This document shows positions 59,058 to 64,000 of a stretch of 64,000 bases of DNA, piece after piece. The stretch lies in the NCBI GenBank assembly GCA_965232515.1, contig CBDDPY010000002.1:3168001-3232000 (forward strand), in the 5' to 3' direction. Position numbers and translations under genes: made by a program. Within the stretch, counting starts at the first letter, position 1. The number at the start of each line of letters is the position of its first letter. Under the pieces are notes generated by a model. The model saw only the letters and a list, made by a program, of their open reading frames with translations. It had not been told where the DNA came from and made no database searches. Origin of the DNA: Alphaproteobacteria bacterium (GTDB taxonomy: Bacteria > Pseudomonadota > Alphaproteobacteria > GCA-2731375).

Positions 59058-59891
59058 ATGACCGACACTTTGATCGCCGACGCGGCGCAGCCGGCTTCAC
59101 CCGCGCAAGCCGACTATGCCGATGCCGCCGCCTACGAACGTTACATGGGCCGCTGGAGCCGACAGCTCGCGAAACGGTTTCTGGATGTCACCAGGATCGG
59201 CCCCGCGACCCAGATCCTGGACATCGGTTCGGGCACGGGCGCGCTCTCCGATGCCGTTGTTGGCGCGGTCGGGGACGCCGAGACCGTCGGCATCGACCCG
59301 ACACCGTCATTCGTTGCCCACGCCCAGGCGCACGCGCGCGACGCGCGACAATCCTTCATGGACGGCGATGCCCGCTGCCTGCCGTTCCCGGACGACTTCT
59401 TCGATGCCAGCCTGGCGCTGCTGTCGCTGCACAACATTCCCGATGCCGACAGGGCGCTCAACGAGATGTGCCGCGTGACCCGGCCCGGTGGCGTGCTGGC
59501 GGCCTGCGAATGGGACTTCGCCGACGGCATGCAGATGTTCCGCGTGGTCTGGGACGTCTTGTTCGCGCTTCATCCCGAGGCGCGGGCGGAGTTCTCGACC
59601 GAGATTCCGCTGGGCGGCCGCGGCGAGTTGCATGCGCTCTGGACCGCCGGCGGCATTCGCGACGTGGTCGAGACGTCCATCACCCTGCCCATGACCTTCT
59701 CCGACTTCGACGACTTCTGGACGCCGTTCGCCGAAGGTCCGTCGCGGGCCTGGCGTTTCCTGAACCGGCTGTCCGATGCGGAGCTCGACGGGTTTCAACG
59801 GACGCTGCGCCGCACGCTGCTGGGCGACGAGGTGGATGGACCCTTCCGCCTGCACGCCCGGGCCTGGGCCGTACGCGGCTATGCGCCCTGA
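59058..59891 (+). CDS. Class I SAM-dependent methyltransferase
   Basis: YERYMGRWS, ILDIGSGTG, LPFPDD.FD, RVTRPGG. Confidence 0.9.
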   Translation: MTDTLIADAAQPASPAQADYADAAAYERYMGRWSRQLAKRFLDVTRIGPATQILDIGSGTGALSDAVVGAVGDAETVGIDPTPSFVAHAQAHARDARQSFMDGDARCLPFPDDFFDASLALLSLHNIPDADRALNEMCRVTRPGGVLAACEWDFADGMQMFRVVWDVLFALHPEARAEFSTEIPLGGRGELHALWTAGGIRDVVETSITLPMTFSDFDDFWTPFAEGPSRAWRFLNRLSDAELDGFQRTLRRTLLGDEVDGPFRLHARAWAVRGYAP

Positions 59892-59942
59892 CCACGCGTC
59901 GCTCGATCCAGATCCCAACGCCATACTTGAGGAGTAGTTCAG

Positions 59943-60794
59943 ATGAATGTTGTTTCAAAGCCGATCATCGATGCCGCGACCGACGCCGCGAAGGCGAAGG
60001 CCGCGGCGACCTACAACGCGGCGGCCGACCACTTCGACGACGAACCTTTGGCCTTCTGGGCGCGGCACGGCCGTGCCACCGTCGATCGGCTCGCCCTCCG
60101 GCCCGGCGCCACCGTGCTGGACGTCGGTTGCGGCACCGGCGCCTCGGCGCTGCCGGCGGCCGAGCGCGTCGGTCCGGTTGGCCGGGTGATCGGCGTCGAC
60201 CTGGCCGAGGGTCTGTTGGCCAAGGGGCGAGCCAAGGCGACCGAGCGGGGCCTGCGCAACGTCGAATTCCGCACCGGCGACATGGCGCAGCTTGGCTATC
60301 CGGACGGTCATTTCGACGCCGTGATCTGTGTCTTCACGATCTTCTTCCTGCCCGACATGGAGCGACAGGTGGCCGAGCTCTGGCGCATGGTACGGCCGGG
60401 CGGCCAGCTCGCCATCACCACCTGGGGTCCGCGCTTTTGCCAGCCGGGCGCGTCCTACTTCTGGTCCGCGGTTCGACGTGTACGACCGGATCTGCATGCG
60501 GCGTTCAATCCGTGGGACCGCATCAGCGATCCCGAGGCGGTGCGGCAACTGCTGCGCGACGGCGGCGTGCCGGACGTCGATGTCGTCGCCGTCGACGACC
60601 GGCAAAAGCTGCGCAGTTCCGAGGAATGGTGGACGGTCGTGCTCGGCGCCGGCTTCCGTTGGACGGTGGAACAGATGGGACCAACGATCGCGGCGCAGGT
60701 GCGCAACGTCTGCATCGAGTGTCTGTGGGAGAACGGCGTCAGCGAGATCCAGACCAACGCGATCTACGCCCTCGCCACGAAGGAAGATTTCTGA
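59943..60794 (+). CDS. Class I SAM-dependent methyltransferase
   Basis: VLDVGCGTG, VIGVDL, FDAVIC, VRPGG. Confidence 0.9.
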   Translation: MNVVSKPIIDAATDAAKAKAAATYNAAADHFDDEPLAFWARHGRATVDRLALRPGATVLDVGCGTGASALPAAERVGPVGRVIGVDLAEGLLAKGRAKATERGLRNVEFRTGDMAQLGYPDGHFDAVICVFTIFFLPDMERQVAELWRMVRPGGQLAITTWGPRFCQPGASYFWSAVRRVRPDLHAAFNPWDRISDPEAVRQLLRDGGVPDVDVVAVDDRQKLRSSEEWWTVVLGAGFRWTVEQMGPTIAAQVRNVCIECLWENGVSEIQTNAIYALATKEDF

Positions 60795-60833
60795 GTCCGA
60801 TCCGGACTTGTACGGGACCGCCGGCCATGAGAT

Positions 60834-61667
60834 GTGATGTGCATGCGCCGGCCGAACGGGAACGGGTTCGTGTTGCGCCGACTGCTGCTGCTGGCGGCGG
60901 TCGGCGCGACTATTGTCGGGCCGGCCTTGGCGGCGAATGAAATGCTGCCTGCTGACGTCGCCTCGGGATGGGTGTTCGCCAAGAGCCTGCCGGACGGGTT
61001 CAAGGCGCACGGCTACCAGGTCGTCTCGAAGGCCGACGGGCATCCGGTGCGCGCCGGCACGCAGTCGCTGCGGTTCGAGGTCCGGGCCGGCGATTGCGGC
61101 CGCGATCCGCGGCGGTTCGGCTGGGACGATTGCGCCCAGGACCGCGAGCGGCACGAGCTGATCCAGCGCGGCGACCGGCAGAAGGAGGGCCGGGAATTCT
61201 GGTACGGCTGGTCGATCTTCGCGCCGGAAGACTGGCCGAACGTGTTTCCGACCAAGGTCGCGATCGGTCAGTTCCATCAGCGCGGCGATCACGTCGTCTG
61301 GATGTTTCAGAACGCCGGCGGCGGCCTGCATGTCGACAATCAGGTGCCGGGCCACACGGTCGCGCTGTTGCCGCTGATCGCGGCGGAAGACTTTCGCGGA
61401 CGCTGGCACGACATCGCGGTGCATGTCCGCTGGTCGCGCGAGGACGACGGTTTCTTCCGGGTCTTCGTGAACGGCGCGCCGGTCTACGATTATGCTGGCG
61501 CCACCATGACGGCCGAGGAGGTCTATTTCAAATTCGGCATCTATCGCAGCTTCGTCAGCCGCTGGCGCGCGGCGACCGGCAAGCAGGAGTTGCCGACACA
61601 GGTTCTCTACCTCGACGAGATCCGCCGCGGGCCGACGCGGGACTCCGTGACACCGAGCCCGCGCTGA
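60834..61667 (+). CDS. Secreted polysaccharide lyase-like (jelly-roll) protein
   Basis: Signal peptide; SLRFEVR.GD, RERHEL, WYGWSIF.P, QFH, YFKFGIYR; exact start uncertain. Confidence 0.7.
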   Translation: MMCMRRPNGNGFVLRRLLLLAAVGATIVGPALAANEMLPADVASGWVFAKSLPDGFKAHGYQVVSKADGHPVRAGTQSLRFEVRAGDCGRDPRRFGWDDCAQDRERHELIQRGDRQKEGREFWYGWSIFAPEDWPNVFPTKVAIGQFHQRGDHVVWMFQNAGGGLHVDNQVPGHTVALLPLIAAEDFRGRWHDIAVHVRWSREDDGFFRVFVNGAPVYDYAGATMTAEEVYFKFGIYRSFVSRWRAATGKQELPTQVLYLDEIRRGPTRDSVTPSPR

Positions 61668-61671
61668 CGCG

Positions 61672-62559
61672 TCAGAACAGCACTAGGCCCGGCACCTTGA
61701 CGCGGACGCGATAGAGCGACGTCGAGGCGGTGACGAACAGGCTGCGGAGGTCGTCGCCGCCCCAGGTGAAGTTGGCGACGATTTCAGGAAACCGAATGAC
61801 GCCGAGGCACTCGCCGTGAGGATCGAACACGTGAATGCCGCCGGGGCCGGTGCAGAACAGGTTTTCCGCGCTGTCGATCTTCATGCCGTCCGCCCCGCCA
61901 TCGCCCTCGCCGGTCGGCGCGGCCCAGACACGGCTGTTGGCGAGCGTACCGTTGGTGGCGACGTCAAAAACCCGCACGTGAGCATGCTCGGTGTCGTTGA
62001 CGAACAGGCGCGTTTCGTCACGGCTGAAGCACAAGCCGTTCGGCTGGCCGAAATCGTCGGCGAGCAGCGTCAGCCGGTTGTCGTCGGGTTCGATGCGGTA
62101 GACGCCGCGGAACGGCAGCTCAACCTCGCGCGGCACGCCGTAATACTCCAGCCGACCGTAGGTCGGGTCGGTGAAATAGATGCCGCCGTCGCTTTTGACG
62201 ACGATGTCGTTGGGGCTGTTCAGCTCCTTGCCGTCCCAGTGGCTCGCCAGCACCTCGATCGCGCCGTCGAGGCCGGTACGGGTGACCCGGCTGGTGGCGT
62301 GCTCGCAGGTGACGATGCGGCCCTGGCGATCGTAGGCATTGCCGTTCGCCTTGTCGCTGGGCTGGCGGAAGGTCTCGATGCCACCGTCGGCGCGCCATAG
62401 CCGCATGTGATCGCCCGGCATGTCGCTGAAGATCAGATGGCGTTCCTTCGGGTGCCAGATCGGCCCCTCGGTAAAGGCGAAACCGCTGCCGATCTGCTCG
62501 ATCACGACATCGTCGCCGACGACGTCGCGGAAACCGTCCTGCCGGATCTCGACGTTCAT
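61672..62559 (-). CDS. SMP-30/gluconolactonase-family protein
   Basis: FTEGPIW, LNSPND, YFTDP, PNGLCFS, DGMKID. Confidence 0.92.
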   Translation of the reverse strand: MNVEIRQDGFRDVVGDDVVIEQIGSGFAFTEGPIWHPKERHLIFSDMPGDHMRLWRADGGIETFRQPSDKANGNAYDRQGRIVTCEHATSRVTRTGLDGAIEVLASHWDGKELNSPNDIVVKSDGGIYFTDPTYGRLEYYGVPREVELPFRGVYRIEPDDNRLTLLADDFGQPNGLCFSRDETRLFVNDTEHAHVRVFDVATNGTLANSRVWAAPTGEGDGGADGMKIDSAENLFCTGPGGIHVFDPHGECLGVIRFPEIVANFTWGGDDLRSLFVTASTSLYRVRVKVPGLVLF

Positions 62560-62579
62560 CTGCCCCCCTTCCCTATCGG

Positions 62580-63089
62580 CTAGAGCCAGTACTGCAGCAC
62601 GTATTCCCAGGGTCCCTCGACGTTGACCAGGTCGACCCGTTGCATCTTGATGCGGTAGCCGTCGTCGGTCTTCTTCAGCTCGTGCCGATACTTGCCGGCG
62701 AAGTGCCGCATCTCGTCGTTGCGGTATTCGCTGACATGGAAGCGCGAGCGCGCGACGATATCGCCGGTCGCGGGATCTTCGGAATCGATGACGACGTTGG
62801 AGACCACGTGGCTCATCCGGTTCGGCGGCCGCTGCGAATGCGCGCGCGGGTGGTTGATGCGCTTGATGCGCATGTCCATCAGGAAGGCGTCCTCGTAGAA
62901 GATGTTCGGCACGCCCTCGCCGTGGTCCTGGTCTTCCGAGACCGGCATCCAGTAGAGGCCGTCATCGGTGAACATGGGCAGCCAGTCGTCCCAGCGGCGC
63001 TCGTCCAGCACCTCGGCCTGGCGGTAGAGGAACTGCTCGACCGCGCGCTGGGTTTCGGCGCTGACGGCGCCGTTTGCCTTGCCCGCCAT
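62580..63089 (-). CDS. Aromatic ring-hydroxylating dioxygenase beta subunit
   Basis: EQFLYRQA..LD...WL, YWMP, HVVSNV, RVDLVN. Confidence 0.9.
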   Translation of the reverse strand: MAGKANGAVSAETQRAVEQFLYRQAEVLDERRWDDWLPMFTDDGLYWMPVSEDQDHGEGVPNIFYEDAFLMDMRIKRINHPRAHSQRPPNRMSHVVSNVVIDSEDPATGDIVARSRFHVSEYRNDEMRHFAGKYRHELKKTDDGYRIKMQRVDLVNVEGPWEYVLQYWL

Positions 63090-63090
63090 C

Positions 63091-63999
63091 TCAGACCCCC
63101 GCCGACATGTATTCTTTCCAGGCCCGGAACTGGTTGCGCATCGGCGCCTCGCTCATGCCGGTGACCGAGGTGATGACGCCGTCCGCTTCCGTGTCCTGGC
63201 CGGCGTTGCGGTGGAAGCTGACCCACTCGCCGCCGTCCAGTTGCAGACCCTGATGGCAGGACCAGAAGTTATGCAGGTCGTCGGCGTTGACCATCGTCGA
63301 CGGCGAATTCACATGATAGTAGTAGGCGAGCGCTCGCCGGTAGATCGCCTCGGGCGCGCCCTTCAGCCGGAAATGCCAGATCTCGGTCAGCGTGCGGTCG
63401 GCGCCGAGCGGCCGCACGGCGCGCAACTGCTGCAGCGGCGACTGCACCGAGAGACAGGGATAGACCAGCACGTGGTGGATGTTGACGTCGAGGATCTCGG
63501 CGGCGCGTTCCTTGCCATAGGCCTTCTCCATCACCGCTTCGTATTCCAGCGTGTCGGGATCGCGCGGCCGCAGGCCCATATAGCCCTGCAGGATGCAATG
63601 GCCGTGCGGGAAGCCGACGGTCTCGAGCGAATCCCATTTCTCGAACGGCAGCGAGAAGGCCGACAGCATGCCGTAGGACATCGGCGGCTTCTCGCCGGTG
63701 CGGTCCTCGTAGTCGCGTTCCACGGCCGAGGCCGCGACGCCCGTCGATTCATGCGTAATGGACGGATGCAGCGCGTCGAGCTGATTCTCGAGAAAGATCT
63801 TCCAGTTGGATTTCTGGATCACCCGGAAGCAGTTCGGCACGACCTCGACCTCGCCCTCGGGCGCCCGGTCGCACATGTCGTCGAAGGCGACCTTGGCGCC
63901 GCCGAGCCAGGTTTCCAGGTCAGGGCCGTCCTTGGAGAGGCTGGCGAAGACGAAGCCGCGATAGGAGCCGCTGCGTTCGGCCGGCTTCACCTGTGCGTC
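63091..63999 (-). CDS. Rieske ring-hydroxylating dioxygenase alpha subunit (5' end outside the window)
   Basis: YRGFVFASL, NWKIFLENQLDALHPSITH mononuclear iron motif, distal NADD, SEAPMR; frame stays open to the window edge. Confidence 0.9.
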   Translation of the reverse strand, partial: DAQVKPAERSGSYRGFVFASLSKDGPDLETWLGGAKVAFDDMCDRAPEGEVEVVPNCFRVIQKSNWKIFLENQLDALHPSITHESTGVAASAVERDYEDRTGEKPPMSYGMLSAFSLPFEKWDSLETVGFPHGHCILQGYMGLRPRDPDTLEYEAVMEKAYGKERAAEILDVNIHHVLVYPCLSVQSPLQQLRAVRPLGADRTLTEIWHFRLKGAPEAIYRRALAYYYHVNSPSTMVNADDLHNFWSCHQGLQLDGGEWVSFHRNAGQDTEADGVITSVTGMSEAPMRNQFRAWKEYMSAGV

Positions 64000-64000
64000 G

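Overview
High-GC window with alphaproteobacterial-style gene content; about 59 protein genes and no rRNA, tRNA, CRISPR array, transposase or integrase that I could see. In order: a dual-HTH GntR divergent from a C45 Ntn-hydrolase plus peptide ABC transporter; an alpha/beta-hydrolase-wHTH regulator ahead of mddA; AraC-fdhA; a sigma54-driven PEP-CTERM-type protein; a repeat-built RTX protein divergent from its type I secretion ABC/MFP pair; a diheme MauG/CCP-family enzyme with a His/Trp-rich secreted partner; a lanthanide-signature PQQ dehydrogenase preceded by an un-called pqqA; two back-to-back TetR-AhpD modules; a THI5-type ABC/FAD oxidoreductase/CoA-transferase/crotonase/ferredoxin cluster; an H-NOX signalling operon; an M20 peptidase; a ~1714-aa BTAD-TolB-TPR-cyclase-STAND-TPR fusion divergent from a peroxiredoxin/rhodanese/persulfide dioxygenase/methyltransferase operon; and a truncated Rieske dioxygenase operon. 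Best candidates for undescribed systems: the MauG-like enzyme/partner pair, the giant STAND regulator with its sulfur operon, and the pqqA-lanthanide dehydrogenase locus. All family calls are by motif recognition only; no database searches were run, so novelty is unverified.
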